Below, piece after piece: positions 28,360 through 38,104 of a DNA stretch of 64,000 nucleotides. The stretch's first letter is position 1. Each line of letters opens with the position of its first letter. This stretch comes from an uncultured Acidobacteriota bacterium (lineage in GTDB: Bacteria; Acidobacteriota; CAIWXX01), in contig CAIWXX010000120.1 of assembly GCA_903916735.1 (NCBI GenBank), forward strand, positions 75,746 to 139,745, read 5' to 3'. Made by a program: the position numbers and the translations under genes. The notes beneath the pieces were generated by a model, which did no database searches, was not told where the DNA came from, and was given only the letters and a program-made list of their open reading frames with translations.

Positions 28360-29037
28360 GTGCCAGAGAAGGATTACTATGAAATTCTTGGGGTTTCCAG
28401 GAGTGCACCTCCTGCGGAAATAAGAGCTGCATATCTGGCTCTAGCAAAGAAGGTTCACCCTGATATGAAGTCATCCGCTGACACTTCCGTCCAAAAATAC
28501 CACATGAAGTTTGTCGAGATTAACCGAGCTTATTCAGTGCTGCGGTATCCGGACCGTCGCCGAGAATACGACAGACAATTGGCATCGGGTCTGAGTGAAC
28601 AGGAAATGCGGCATTCGAAGGCGGTGATGGCACAGTACAAGCGGGGCATGAGGCTCTTCAACGAGAGCCACCTGACGGAAGCCATTGCGGCTTTCGAAAA
28701 GTGCCTTCAACTGGAGCCGTCCCACGAAAAATCCCTCATCCACCTTGGACTTGCCTTTTTCAAGAATGACGATTTAGAGAGAGCCGAGAAAATTTTCAAG
28801 GTAGCATGCACCGATCTGTCGCACAATCCTGTGTCATTTTACTACCTTGGCTTGGTCTATAAGAAGATGGGCCACCGCGAGAAGGCCCAAGAGGCCTTCA
28901 CCGAAGCCATCTACATCGATCCGGACTTTCAGCTTGCTGCCGATGAACTCGAGCAGATCATTCCCGAGAAAACAGGTTCGTTTTTCGAATCACTGAAGCC
29001 CAATCGCATCATCGCAAAGGTCTTCCGGCAGCACTGA
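28360..29037 (+). CDS. J-domain (DnaJ) protein with C-terminal TPR repeats
   Basis: DYYEILGVSRSAPPAEIRAAYLALAKKVHPD (HPD motif) then TPR-like repeats (AIAAFEKCLQLEPSHEKSLIHLGLAFF...). Confidence 0.8.
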   Translation: MPEKDYYEILGVSRSAPPAEIRAAYLALAKKVHPDMKSSADTSVQKYHMKFVEINRAYSVLRYPDRRREYDRQLASGLSEQEMRHSKAVMAQYKRGMRLFNESHLTEAIAAFEKCLQLEPSHEKSLIHLGLAFFKNDDLERAEKIFKVACTDLSHNPVSFYYLGLVYKKMGHREKAQEAFTEAIYIDPDFQLAADELEQIIPEKTGSFFESLKPNRIIAKVFRQH

Positions 29038-29074
29038 AGGGGCCAGATCAAAGGATTTGGCCTTCTCGTGTCGA

Positions 29075-30100
29075 TCAATTATGCTTGATGCGATCAAGGA
29101 TCCAGGGATCTTTGATGGATTGCAGGATCTGTTTTTCGCGATCCGGGAAACGGCGAAGCAGCTTTTGATAGGCATCCAGGGAAGCTTGCTTCTGACCCTG
29201 CGCCAATAGATCAGATGCCGATTGCAGTTGCTGCTCAAATTGTTTGTCGGCATCCATGTTGAGCGCATCGGTTTGCGTGCCGAAGGCAAGTGGAGCTACA
29301 GGGAGAGCCGATTTTTGAACTTCCTCGGAAGCCTCTTCCTGAGATCGAGATTGCATTTGTTGCGCACCCTTGGGTGCAGTCTTCTTTTTATCCAAGGTGA
29401 CCGCAGCGCCCCCGGCAACGCCCTTCTCTTCCCGCCGCGATGTTTCGGCAAGTTGAGTCGGTCGCTCTTCGCCCGCGCGAATCAGCTCTTCTTTGGCATT
29501 CGCGCTGAAAGCCGGCGCTGGTGCGGCGGCAGCAGGCGCATCGGTTGAAGAGACAATATCATTTTCCTGTTTTTTGCCGGTTTGTTCAGGTGGCGGAAGC
29601 ATGGATTTTCCGGCGCTGTTCGAGCCCAGATCGACCTTCGAATCAATCGCACCCATTGGTTGAAGCGCCGATGCCGAGGGAGGTGGCGGAGTCAGCTTCG
29701 TGGTCATGGACTTGGGCGCAGCAGCCCTGTCACGCACCTCCATTTTTCGCGAAATTTGCATCATCACCTCATCACGATGCTGCATGTAGAAAACACCTGC
29801 CAGCAGGCCGATGAACACCATCGCAGCCGCCGATATCGCGGAAACCCGGAAAAAAGTCCGCCGCGCCTTCATACGTCGGGACGCATTGATCAAGATGCGC
29901 TGCCGCGTGAATTCGCTGATCTGGAGCGGCGTCTTTTTCTTCTCGTCCAATATTTTTCGGATTTTCTCGAAATCAGTCACTTCCTCGGAACACTCCTGGC
30001 AGATCGCAATGTGTTTCTGCATTTCATGAACATCCGATTCGGATAACTCCCCATACACGTATGGAGCGATCAGTTCGGCATATCGACCATGTTCAATCAT
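29075..30100 (-). CDS. Anti-sigma factor (zf-HC2 N-terminus, one TM, Ala/Pro-rich periplasmic region, C-terminal TPR-like)
   Basis: HxxxCxxC: HEMQKHIAICQECSEEV. TM at FFRVSAISAAAMVFIGLLAGVFY. Overlaps the ECF sigma gene by 4 nt. Confidence 0.7.
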   Translation of the reverse strand: MIEHGRYAELIAPYVYGELSESDVHEMQKHIAICQECSEEVTDFEKIRKILDEKKKTPLQISEFTRQRILINASRRMKARRTFFRVSAISAAAMVFIGLLAGVFYMQHRDEVMMQISRKMEVRDRAAAPKSMTTKLTPPPPSASALQPMGAIDSKVDLGSNSAGKSMLPPPEQTGKKQENDIVSSTDAPAAAAPAPAFSANAKEELIRAGEERPTQLAETSRREEKGVAGGAAVTLDKKKTAPKGAQQMQSRSQEEASEEVQKSALPVAPLAFGTQTDALNMDADKQFEQQLQSASDLLAQGQKQASLDAYQKLLRRFPDREKQILQSIKDPWILDRIKHN

Positions 30101-30705
30101 GATGCCTCACAAGTCTCCCCGAAAGCCTTGGCGTAGGTATGTGAGAGCGACTTGCGGAGGTGGCGGAGTGCATACAACATGCGACTTTTCACCGTCGGCA
30201 GCGGGGCTCCCGTCATCTTCGAAATTTCTTCAAACGACAGATGCAGGTCTTCCCTCATCAGGAATACCTCACGCTGATCTTCTCGCAAGTCCTCAATGGC
30301 GTGCCTGAGGATCACTCCAAGCTCATGATTGATCGCCTTCTCTTCCGGGTCCGGGTCTTTTGAGACGACATCGATCGGCTTGTCTCCAGGGGTGCAATCA
30401 TCGAGGGATACGCTTTTCCTGACTTTGCTTCGTCGAGAGGCATCGATGGCGAGGTTGCGGGCCACCTTGAACAAATAGAATTTGAATGGCGCCTCGGGTG
30501 TATAGTAATCCTTACGCTCCACCATTTTCGAAAAAGTCTCCTGGAACAGATCCTCCGCCTGCTGGCGATTGCCGGAGCAGGCGAGCAGATACCGTAAAAG
30601 AGGGCTTTCATAGCGGCTGATCAGCTCTTCGAAGGCCTCAATACAGCCTTCCCGATACTTGAGGAACAGCACCTCATCGCTATCAGCACTCAGTATGCTA
30701 GCCAT
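30097..30705 (-). CDS. ECF (sigma-24/sigma-70 family) RNA polymerase sigma factor
   Basis: Region 2 (LLRYLLACSGNRQQAEDLFQETF) and region 4 (LREDQREVFLMREDLHLSFEEISKMTGAPLPTVKSRM). Confidence 0.85.
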   Translation of the reverse strand: MASILSADSDEVLFLKYREGCIEAFEELISRYESPLLRYLLACSGNRQQAEDLFQETFSKMVERKDYYTPEAPFKFYLFKVARNLAIDASRRSKVRKSVSLDDCTPGDKPIDVVSKDPDPEEKAINHELGVILRHAIEDLREDQREVFLMREDLHLSFEEISKMTGAPLPTVKSRMLYALRHLRKSLSHTYAKAFGETCEAS

Positions 30706-30969
30706 CAGCTTCTTTGCCTACATTATAAGTCAACGCACGAAGACGCGAGAGGATTTAAAAGGGGGAAGTTTCCCGTTACCGGTTCTCCGCCATTAATTTT
30801 AGTCTGGAACAGGAATACCGATGTTGGATTCTGACAGAGAGTCACTCTGCAGCGCGAAATTCTTTGGAAGGAGTTTTTCATGCACTGCAGGAGATCCTTC
30901 GCTTAGTTCCGTCTGTGAACCGGCAACTCTCATGCTTGCCTCACTGATGTTTACTTTTATAATCTGATC

Positions 30970-31833
30970 ATGAAAAAGGAGCCTACCATGAACATAGGAT
31001 TCATCGGACTCGGGAAGATGGGATTGCCAATGGCCATTCGACTCTTGGGAGCAGGTCATCGAGTCAAGGGATTGCGACGGGAAGAACGCCCTGAGCACAG
31101 GCGCGTTATCGCCGCCGGTGGCTCGCTGGTTGGAACTCCCCGGGAGGCTGCAACGGATTCCGAAATGGTCTTTCTCATGCACCCGAGCCCAAAGGAAATC
31201 GCCGAAGTGATTCAAGGAAATGATGAGGAACGTGCAATGAAAAAACCCCCCCTGCTTCTCGCCTCGGCTTCTCCGCGCCGCGCTGAAATCATGCAAGCAC
31301 TCGGCATTCGATTCTCGACGATGTCGACGCAGACCGATGAGGCGGTTCGCAAGGGCGAAGCGCCGGCCGCTCATGTCCGCCGCCTTGCACAAGAGAAGGC
31401 CATTGCCGGCCGCATTGCCCGGCCGCATTCGGCCGCGATCATTGTTGGCGCCGATACGGTTGTGGCGGTCCGTCGACGCATCCTTGGGAAGCCTTCAAGC
31501 CCTTCCGATGCCGAACGGATGTTGTCTCTCCTGTCCGGGAAATCACATGAAGTTTTCACTGGAGTCGCCTTGCTCGATGGATCGACAGGGCGCATGATTA
31601 CGGGTGTCGAGACGACACACGTCATCTTCCGGAAATTATCGCAAGTCGAGATCGCGGCCTATGTCCGCACGGGCGAGCCCATGGACAAAGCCGGGGCCTA
31701 TGCGATACAGGGCGGCGCAGCAGTATTCATTGACCGCATTGAAGGCAACTATTTGAATGTTGTCGGATTTCCGGTCAACCTGTTTTTGCGCCTCTACCGG
31801 AACTTGACAGGAAACGAAACGGCACGAAAATAG
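30970..31833 (+). CDS. maf: Maf-like nucleotide pyrophosphatase preceded in-frame by an ~85-aa fossil N-terminus of a HIBADH/6PGDH-type NAD-binding dehydrogenase; probable authentic maf start at 31237
   Basis: aa 1-85: MNIGFIGLGKMGLPMAIRLLGAGHRV... (Rossmann GxGxxG of NAD_binding_2). aa 90-287: MKKPPLLLASASPRRAEIM...IVGADTVVAV...LSGKSHEVFTGVAL...DKAGAYAIQG (Maf). The internal ATG at 31237 lies in an A6C7 homopolymer. Confidence 0.8.
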   Translation: MKKEPTMNIGFIGLGKMGLPMAIRLLGAGHRVKGLRREERPEHRRVIAAGGSLVGTPREAATDSEMVFLMHPSPKEIAEVIQGNDEERAMKKPPLLLASASPRRAEIMQALGIRFSTMSTQTDEAVRKGEAPAAHVRRLAQEKAIAGRIARPHSAAIIVGADTVVAVRRRILGKPSSPSDAERMLSLLSGKSHEVFTGVALLDGSTGRMITGVETTHVIFRKLSQVEIAAYVRTGEPMDKAGAYAIQGGAAVFIDRIEGNYLNVVGFPVNLFLRLYRNLTGNETARK

Positions 31834-31839
31834 CCGACA

Positions 31840-32400
31840 TCAACTGCTGAGCCGAGCTTTTAACGGCAGAATCAATTGCTGCGGCATGCCGTCGATCTTG
31901 CTGGAGATTGGAAATTTGCCGACAAGAACCCAGCCAGAGAGTCTTGATTGCACGAACACCGAGACTTCTGCCGGTTTGAAATCGGGGTTGTTGACGAACG
32001 ATTTTCTCGATGTGGCCTGGTATCCATGATTCGATTTCACTCGAATCGCATCCGTCTGCTCCCCAGTTTTTAGTTGTTTCCCCTGAATGGGATAAGCAAA
32101 CGCATCGCCGAATGAGTCCTTACTGCCCACGAACGAAAAGACCGCGTTGACCTGGACGTATTCAAGCGGCGCCTCACGCGTGTTACGAATTTTGAAGGTT
32201 AGTGTCGGCACCAACGCCACCTTGCCGGGCTTGCTTGATCTTTCACTCCAGGAGCTGTCAATCAGCGTAATGGCGACGCCCTGGCGAAGTGCTTCGGGAT
32301 TTTCCCGATGCGCGCCGGCGATCCTGCCCAGAAAAATCGCCAGTGCGATGGAGACTCCGCCGGCAATATAATAAAAGCTCTTCGGTACTTCAAATGCCAT
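31840..32400 (-). CDS. Hypothetical membrane-anchored protein
   Basis: Probable start MAFEVPKSFYYIAGGVSIALAIFLGRIAG (N-terminal TM); no recognised domain. Confidence 0.4.
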   Translation of the reverse strand: MAFEVPKSFYYIAGGVSIALAIFLGRIAGAHRENPEALRQGVAITLIDSSWSERSSKPGKVALVPTLTFKIRNTREAPLEYVQVNAVFSFVGSKDSFGDAFAYPIQGKQLKTGEQTDAIRVKSNHGYQATSRKSFVNNPDFKPAEVSVFVQSRLSGWVLVGKFPISSKIDGMPQQLILPLKARLSS

Positions 32401-32648
32401 TTCAACTTCTCCCTCATAACTTTGGCGGACCGCTATTGGTCTGAACTTCACGTGGACATCCACGTCGACGAATCAAGTAATTCATTTCCCTTCGATCACC
32501 GTCACGATCAGCCGGCCAGAGGCCGGAATGAAGCCGTTCGCCATTCTCATAACCGGCTCCATGGCGCGGCCTGATTGAAACGGCAACTCAGACACACCCT
32601 CTCTCTCATAACCGCGCCGCTCCTAGAGCGGGAAGTGCGAACCAGAGA

Positions 32649-33575
32649 TCATTGCGTCGCGTAATAGCCCTGGCGATGGACGATCTCACGGACAGGTCGA
32701 TTCAGAATAACCATGATTTCACGCCACGTGTTGTCGGCGATCCGGTTGGTCGGCATGTAGAAAAGATTGTATTGAGTCCGCAGCTCGGTCAATATCGCCA
32801 TGAAGCTCCCTGAAAGCGCCGTGGCTCTTTGTGTCATCACGCATCGGCCGCCGCTTTTGAAAGCCATCGATTCCAGAATTTCCTTGAGCGTATACTTCTT
32901 ATCGAGGTCCCATTCAACCAGGAAGCTGCTTTCACCAAAACAGATCGGATAGAGAGCAATCCGGCTGCGCGCCAGTTCTTCCGACACCTCTTCAAACGTC
33001 CGCCTGCTGCCTGGGCGCCCTCCGCCCCAGATCTCATCTTTGCCGTCGCTCAAGAGAACGATCGCTCTCTTGCCTTCCTGCCCGCGAAGCGCCAGCACGG
33101 CGACGTGCAGAGCATCGTAGAGGGCCGTGCCGCCGGTTGCGTTGAGGCCGTGAATGGTTTTTTCGAGCAGCTTGTGATCGGTCGTCAAATCAGTCGCGGT
33201 TGTCACCGAGTTGCTAAAGCCGATGACGAGAGCCTGGTCGTCAGGATTGAGTTTTTGAACCAGCTGGATGGCTGCCTGCCGGGCGGCTTCCATGTTGTCT
33301 GCCATCGACAGTGAGCAGTCGATGACGAGGCCGATTTTCAACGGGAGTGCTTCCTGGCTGAAATAGGAAATCTCCTGTTTCGTGCCGTCTTCGAGAACCG
33401 TGAAATCGTCTCGGCGCAGATCGGTGATGGGCGCATCCTTATCCCCGCGCACAGTCACGTAAACCTTGACCATCGGAACGATCACCGCTTCTTGATTCTT
33501 GCTGGTCTGAGCCCGCCCCGGCTCAGCTAGGCAGCTCAGCAAAAACCCGATGACGGCGATTCCTTTTATCGACAT
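32649..33575 (-). CDS. Secreted von Willebrand factor type A (VWA) domain protein
   Basis: Signal peptide MSIKGIAVIGFLLSCLA. VWA MIDAS-like motifs LVIDCSLSM, GGTALYDAL, AIVLLSDG. Confidence 0.75.
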   Translation of the reverse strand: MSIKGIAVIGFLLSCLAEPGRAQTSKNQEAVIVPMVKVYVTVRGDKDAPITDLRRDDFTVLEDGTKQEISYFSQEALPLKIGLVIDCSLSMADNMEAARQAAIQLVQKLNPDDQALVIGFSNSVTTATDLTTDHKLLEKTIHGLNATGGTALYDALHVAVLALRGQEGKRAIVLLSDGKDEIWGGGRPGSRRTFEEVSEELARSRIALYPICFGESSFLVEWDLDKKYTLKEILESMAFKSGGRCVMTQRATALSGSFMAILTELRTQYNLFYMPTNRIADNTWREIMVILNRPVREIVHRQGYYATQ

Positions 33576-33603
33576 GACCTCCACCGCCTCTTAATCTATA
33601 ACG

Positions 33604-34668
33604 TCATTCTCCGGTTTTCGGCATCAGCCGACTTTCGATTTCAGCGAGCCGGGTTTTCAGCGATGCTATGTCGTCGCGCAGCGATCCGATCGATAAAATG
33701 TCCCGGTATTGATTGCGGAACTCATCCATCGGTCGCGCCGGTGTGCCCCAGACAAATGTATTTGCCCGGATGCGCTTACCGGTCGGGATTCCCGCTTGCC
33801 CGCCGAGGATGGCGCCGTCTTCAATCATGCAATGATCGGCGATCCCGACCTGACCACCGACACTGACGCGGCTGCCGATCGACGTGCTTCCGGCGATGCC
33901 CGTTTGAGCGGCCATGATGCAGCTTTCGCCGACAATCACGTTGTGTGCGATATGGATCAGATTGTCGAGCTTCGTGCCGCGGCCGATGATAGTATTTTCG
34001 ATGGAGCCGCGATCGATCGTCGTGTTGGCACCCACTTCGACATCATCCTCCAGAACGACGCTCCCCCTCTGCGGGAATTTTTCAAAACCGGCATCAGTCG
34101 GCACGAATCCGAGTCCATCGCTGCCGATGACGCAGCCGGAATGGAGAATGCACTTTTTCCCGATCTTCACTTCGTGATAGATCTTCACGCCCGGATAAAT
34201 GAGGCACCCTTCGCCGATATCGACATCGCGCGCAATCATGGTCATTTCGCCGATTTGAGTGCGAGCGCCGATCCGGCCGCTTTCTCGAATGACCGAATAC
34301 GCGCCAACGGCGACACCTTCGCCGAGCTCCACATCCGGCGCGATGATTGCGGTGGGATGAATCCCGACAACGATGGGCTGCTCGGGATAAATGATCGCGA
34401 TGGCCCTTGCAAACCCGAGCCTCGGAAGATCAAACGTGATAATGGACTTGGTTGAATCTTCGAACCCGGCCGGCGCAATCACAACCGAACTGCGTGATTT
34501 CTTCGCACGCTGGAAATTCTTCACGCCGTCGACATAGCTCAATTCGCCCTCTTCCGCGCTATCCAGCGACCCGGCGCCGGTGATGAGAAGAGAGCCATCA
34601 CCGGTGTAAGCAACTCCGAGCGCGGCGGCCAGGTCCGCCACAGTGAGTGGATGAGTCAGTGCGGCCAC
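33604..34668 (-). CDS. lpxD: UDP-3-O-acylglucosamine N-acyltransferase
   Basis: N-terminal LpxD domain plus extensive left-handed beta-helix hexapeptide repeats; 354 aa. Confidence 0.85.
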   Translation of the reverse strand: MAALTHPLTVADLAAALGVAYTGDGSLLITGAGSLDSAEEGELSYVDGVKNFQRAKKSRSSVVIAPAGFEDSTKSIITFDLPRLGFARAIAIIYPEQPIVVGIHPTAIIAPDVELGEGVAVGAYSVIRESGRIGARTQIGEMTMIARDVDIGEGCLIYPGVKIYHEVKIGKKCILHSGCVIGSDGLGFVPTDAGFEKFPQRGSVVLEDDVEVGANTTIDRGSIENTIIGRGTKLDNLIHIAHNVIVGESCIMAAQTGIAGSTSIGSRVSVGGQVGIADHCMIEDGAILGGQAGIPTGKRIRANTFVWGTPARPMDEFRNQYRDILSIGSLRDDIASLKTRLAEIESRLMPKTGE

Positions 34669-35180
34669 TAGTAATTAACCAGGGATAAAATGTCATATCC
34701 GACCAGCTTGCTGCGGCCGTTCAAAAAGGACAACTCAACCAGGAATCCGATGCCGACGACTTTTCCGCCCAGCCGTTCGATCAGCTTCACAACGCCGGCG
34801 GCTGTTCCTCCGGTGGCAAGCAGATCGTCAATCAACAACACCCGTTCGCCGGGCTGGATCGCGTCTTTATGTATCTCGAGCGTGTCGGTGCCATACTCGA
34901 GATCATAGGTGACGCTCTCGGTCTGCCAGGGGAGCTTATTCGGTTTCCGCACGGGCACGAAACCAACTTCGAGCATATGAGCGATCGTCGGAGCGATGAT
35001 GAACCCGCGCGCTTCAATGCCGCAGATTTTATCGATGGCTCTGCCTTTGTACGGCTCACACAACTTTTCCAATGCATACCGAAAGGCGGCTGGATCTTTG
35101 AAAAGCGGTGTCAAGTCACGGAAGAGTACGCCTTTTTTCGGCCAATCGGGTATGTCACGGATGTACTTCTTGAGATCCAT
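34668..35180 (-). CDS. apt: Adenine phosphoribosyltransferase
   Basis: PRTase motif [13 protein letters not shown]; 170 aa; typical APRT N-terminus [20 protein letters not shown]. Confidence 0.9.
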   Translation of the reverse strand: MDLKKYIRDIPDWPKKGVLFRDLTPLFKDPAAFRYALEKLCEPYKGRAIDKICGIEARGFIIAPTIAHMLEVGFVPVRKPNKLPWQTESVTYDLEYGTDTLEIHKDAIQPGERVLLIDDLLATGGTAAGVVKLIERLGGKVVGIGFLVELSFLNGRSKLVGYDILSLVNY

Positions 35181-35209
35181 TCAATCCTCCTAGTTGATCG
35201 ACAAACGCA

Positions 35210-35482
35210 TTAATAAAATTCTATTCCAAAACCTGCGAAAGGGGGCATATCCACATCATCTTCGACGACTCTCTCGACACGCGACACACTAGGCCCCTGG
35301 CGCAGATCGGAAGCAAACAGATCCAATGCAACCTGATCCCCCTGCGCAGCAACTTCAACGTCTCCATCCCACAGGTTCTTGGCATAGCCGACGACACCAC
35401 GATCCCTGGCGCACCGTTGTGCGAAATACCGGTATCCAACCCCTTGGACCCGGCCATGTATGATGTACTTGCGTGTTAGCAT
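35210..35482 (-). CDS. acyP: Acylphosphatase
   Basis: 90 aa with the VQGVGYRYF and GYAKNLWDGDVEV acylphosphatase signatures. Confidence 0.85.
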   Translation of the reverse strand: MLTRKYIIHGRVQGVGYRYFAQRCARDRGVVGYAKNLWDGDVEVAAQGDQVALDLFASDLRQGPSVSRVERVVEDDVDMPPFAGFGIEFY

Positions 35483-35495
35483 CCGGCAATGAAAG

Positions 35496-35573
<78 letters not shown>

Positions 35574-35666
35574 GGCCCGGTGATTAAAGCACAAAAGCGG
35601 TGTCGATTACAAACTCAGATCACATCGCGATAGGAACCCTGGAAAAAGAGTCGGTGTGCAGAGGGA

Positions 35667-36362
35667 TCAGCCGGCCGTATAGCCGAATCGGCCGACGAGT
35701 GGCACAAATGTGCAACGGCTCACAGGCCTGATGTCGATACCGTCGGTCATGCGCGTCACAAGACAGATTTCCTCGTGCCCCTGCCGTGCGAGCGGAATGG
35801 CCATCCGGCCGCCCGGGGCCAGCTGTTCGATGAGGGGCCTCGGAACAGCAGCCGGGGCGGTCGCCGAAACAACGATGGCATCGTACGGAGCATATTCGCT
35901 CCATCCATAGGTCCCGTCGAAATTCTTGATCGTGACGTTGATGATTCCGATCTCGCGCAGACGTGACTGCGCTTCGCGAGCCAGTTCGGCGATACGTTCC
36001 ACTGAGAAGACCGCTTGTGCAAGCAATGCCAGGAGAGCCGCCTGGTAGCCCGAGCCGGTGCCGATCTCCAGCACGCGCTCGGATCCTCCCAGCTTCAACG
36101 CCTGCAACATCACAGCCACCGTCAGCGGCTGGGTCATCGTCTGCTTGAAGCCGATGGGAAGTGTTGCGTTTTGATAGGCCTGTGACCAGAGAGGCTCTGG
36201 AACAAAAGCGTGCCTCGGCAGTTTGCGTATGGCCGAGAGGAGCCGGCGATCCTGAATGCCGGCAGCTTCCAGGCCCTGAGCCATCTTCTCGCGGAGAATC
36301 TGAAAATCGGTTCGTTCAGCGGGTCGAGCGAGCGGGCGCCTGGCGGTCATGCCCCATCCCAT
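35667..36362 (-). CDS. pcm: Protein-L-isoaspartate O-methyltransferase
   Basis: SAM-binding VLEIGTGSGYQAALLA and the AIVVSATAPAVPRPLIEQLAPGGRMAIP motif; surE-pcm synteny. Confidence 0.85.
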   Translation of the reverse strand: MGWGMTARRPLARPAERTDFQILREKMAQGLEAAGIQDRRLLSAIRKLPRHAFVPEPLWSQAYQNATLPIGFKQTMTQPLTVAVMLQALKLGGSERVLEIGTGSGYQAALLALLAQAVFSVERIAELAREAQSRLREIGIINVTIKNFDGTYGWSEYAPYDAIVVSATAPAAVPRPLIEQLAPGGRMAIPLARQGHEEICLVTRMTDGIDIRPVSRCTFVPLVGRFGYTAG

Positions 36363-37096
36363 TCAATCGGTTTCATGCGCGCGAGGAAGTCGAAGTCGGT
36401 CCAGTCGAGCTTGAGTGGGGTCACGGACACATAGCCATGTTTGACCGCCCAGACATCAGTCCCGCGCTCCGCTCGATCCGCCGGCCGGCCATCTCCAATC
36501 CAATAGTATTTCCGACCACGCGGATCGGTCTTTTCCAGAATTTCAGTGAGGTATCGCCGCACGCCCAGTCGGGTGATCCGAACACCCTTGGGCTCTCCAA
36601 CAGGGAAATTGACCGAGAGCGTCGTCTCTTTGAGGAGGCGCTTGCCGGAGAGAATCTCGGCGCCGATCTTCTTGGCGAACCGAGCGGCTCTCCGAAAAGA
36701 CTCTTCACTGTAGTCAATTGACGATATGGCCATGGCGGGGATCTTCAGAAGCGTGCCCTGGATGGCGGCGGAGACAGTGCCGGAGTAGGCCGTGTCCTCC
36801 CCCAGATTCCAGCCCCTGTTGATTCCCGAGACGACAAGATCCGGCGGCCTCGTGAGAATGAAATGCGCGCCCACCAGAACGCAATCAGTTGGAGTGCCGT
36901 CGAGAACGTGGACGCCCTTCTCAAGCTGAGTGATGCGCAGAGGATGATACAGGCTCAATGCCCGGCTGATCGCACTCCGCTCGCGGTCCGGAGCGACGAT
37001 AGTGACGGTGCCGATCTGAGCAAGAGCTTCGGCCAGAAACCGCATTCCATCACTGTGAATGCCGTCGTCGTTGGTGATGAGAATTTGAGGCTTCAT
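36347..37096 (-). CDS. surE: 5'/3'-nucleotidase SurE
   Basis: MKPQILITNDDGIHSDGMRFLAEAL... SurE N-terminal signature. The probable start at 37096 avoids overlap with the tRNA (ORF track start 37144). Confidence 0.85.
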   Translation of the reverse strand: MKPQILITNDDGIHSDGMRFLAEALAQIGTVTIVAPDRERSAISRALSLYHPLRITQLEKGVHVLDGTPTDCVLVGAHFILTRPPDLVVSGINRGWNLGEDTAYSGTVSAAIQGTLLKIPAMAISSIDYSEESFRRAARFAKKIGAEILSGKRLLKETTLSVNFPVGEPKGVRITRLGVRRYLTEILEKTDPRGRKYYWIGDGRPADRAERGTDVWAVKHGYVSVTPLKLDWTDFDFLARMKPIEWDGA

Positions 37097-37107
37097 GAAT
37101 TTAATGG

Positions 37108-37181
37108 TCGGGACGAGAGGATTTGAACCTCCGACCACACGCACCCCAAGCGTGTGCGCTACCAGGCTGCGCTACGTCCCG
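37108..37181 (-). tRNA. tRNA-Pro (anticodon GGG)
   Basis: Reverse complement: acceptor CGGGACG/CGTCCCG+A, identical D- and T-arms to the first tRNA-Pro, anticodon stem CACGC/GCGTG with loop TTGGGGT. Confidence 0.85.
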
Positions 37182-37543
37182 CCAACCGAGTTTGTATCAT
37201 TCCCCTCAAGAAGTGTCAACAGCGCTCGCAGATCGGCGCGAATGTCCTGGAGGAGATCGAAAGTGGGATCGTGAACCGGCGTGCCTTCGGCACCGGCGGG
37301 AACCGGAGTCATCATTTCGAGTCTCTTTCGAGCCCCCGAAATGGTCAGGCCTTCGCCATAGATCATCGCCTTGATCTTCATCAGGAGATCGATATCTTTT
37401 CGGCGATAGAGACAGTGGCCGATCTTGCTCTTCACCGGACGGATCGCAAATTCAGTTTCCCATGTGCGGAGATCATGTGACTGAACGCCGGCCATCTGGC
37501 AAACTTCACTGCGTTTGTAAAACAGTTTCTCTGGGCGGCTCAT
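37172..37543 (-). CDS. MerR-family HTH transcriptional regulator
   Basis: LFYKRSEVCQMAGVQSHDLRTWETEF helix-turn-helix. The stop codon lies 10 nt inside the 5' end of tRNA-Pro(GGG) on the same strand. Confidence 0.6.
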   Translation of the reverse strand: MSRPEKLFYKRSEVCQMAGVQSHDLRTWETEFAIRPVKSKIGHCLYRRKDIDLLMKIKAMIYGEGLTISGARKRLEMMTPVPAGAEGTPVHDPTFDLLQDIRADLRALLTLLEGNDTNSVGGT

Positions 37544-38104
37544 AGAGTTGAATCTAAGGAATTGGATTCTTCAAGTGACCCCGAACGACTTTGATGCCGG
37601 CCAATTTTTTCATATGATATCCCGCAAATTCTAAACCCTCTTCGGACATATTACCCTAAAAGATGCGTTCTGACCTCACATTTTTCGAATGCGAAAGCGA
37701 CCCGAAGAATAGCGCACGCCATCGCATCTCATGGCTGAAGTGGCACACCAGACCCATCATGAACCTCAAGTGAGAATGGACAACAACATATTTAGAATTC
37801 GAATCGCTTGTCAAGGAGGGCGCAAAAGCTCCCGGCAATTCTCTGCAATGTCACTGCTCTTCATCACCGTCGTTGTCGTCATCATCCTCGATGTGGTTTC
37901 ACTCTTGCCCAAATCCGGCTGTCAGTCACCAAACCCTCTTGCGGCCGTGGGGAGAAGTGAGCACGGATCGGACCGCGAGTATCTGTCTTCATCGGAGCTC
38001 GTCTGTGGTTCCGAAAAAGAAGCCGGGCTTTTCCCGTGCAACTTTCATGACACATCTTCAAACTTAGTCTTGACTCCGTTCAGGATCTATCCTATGAATC
38101 TGTC

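Noticed and set aside
33709-34455. 248-aa plus-strand ORF
   Set aside because: Antisense to lpxD (the hexapeptide-repeat gene gives long open antisense frames).
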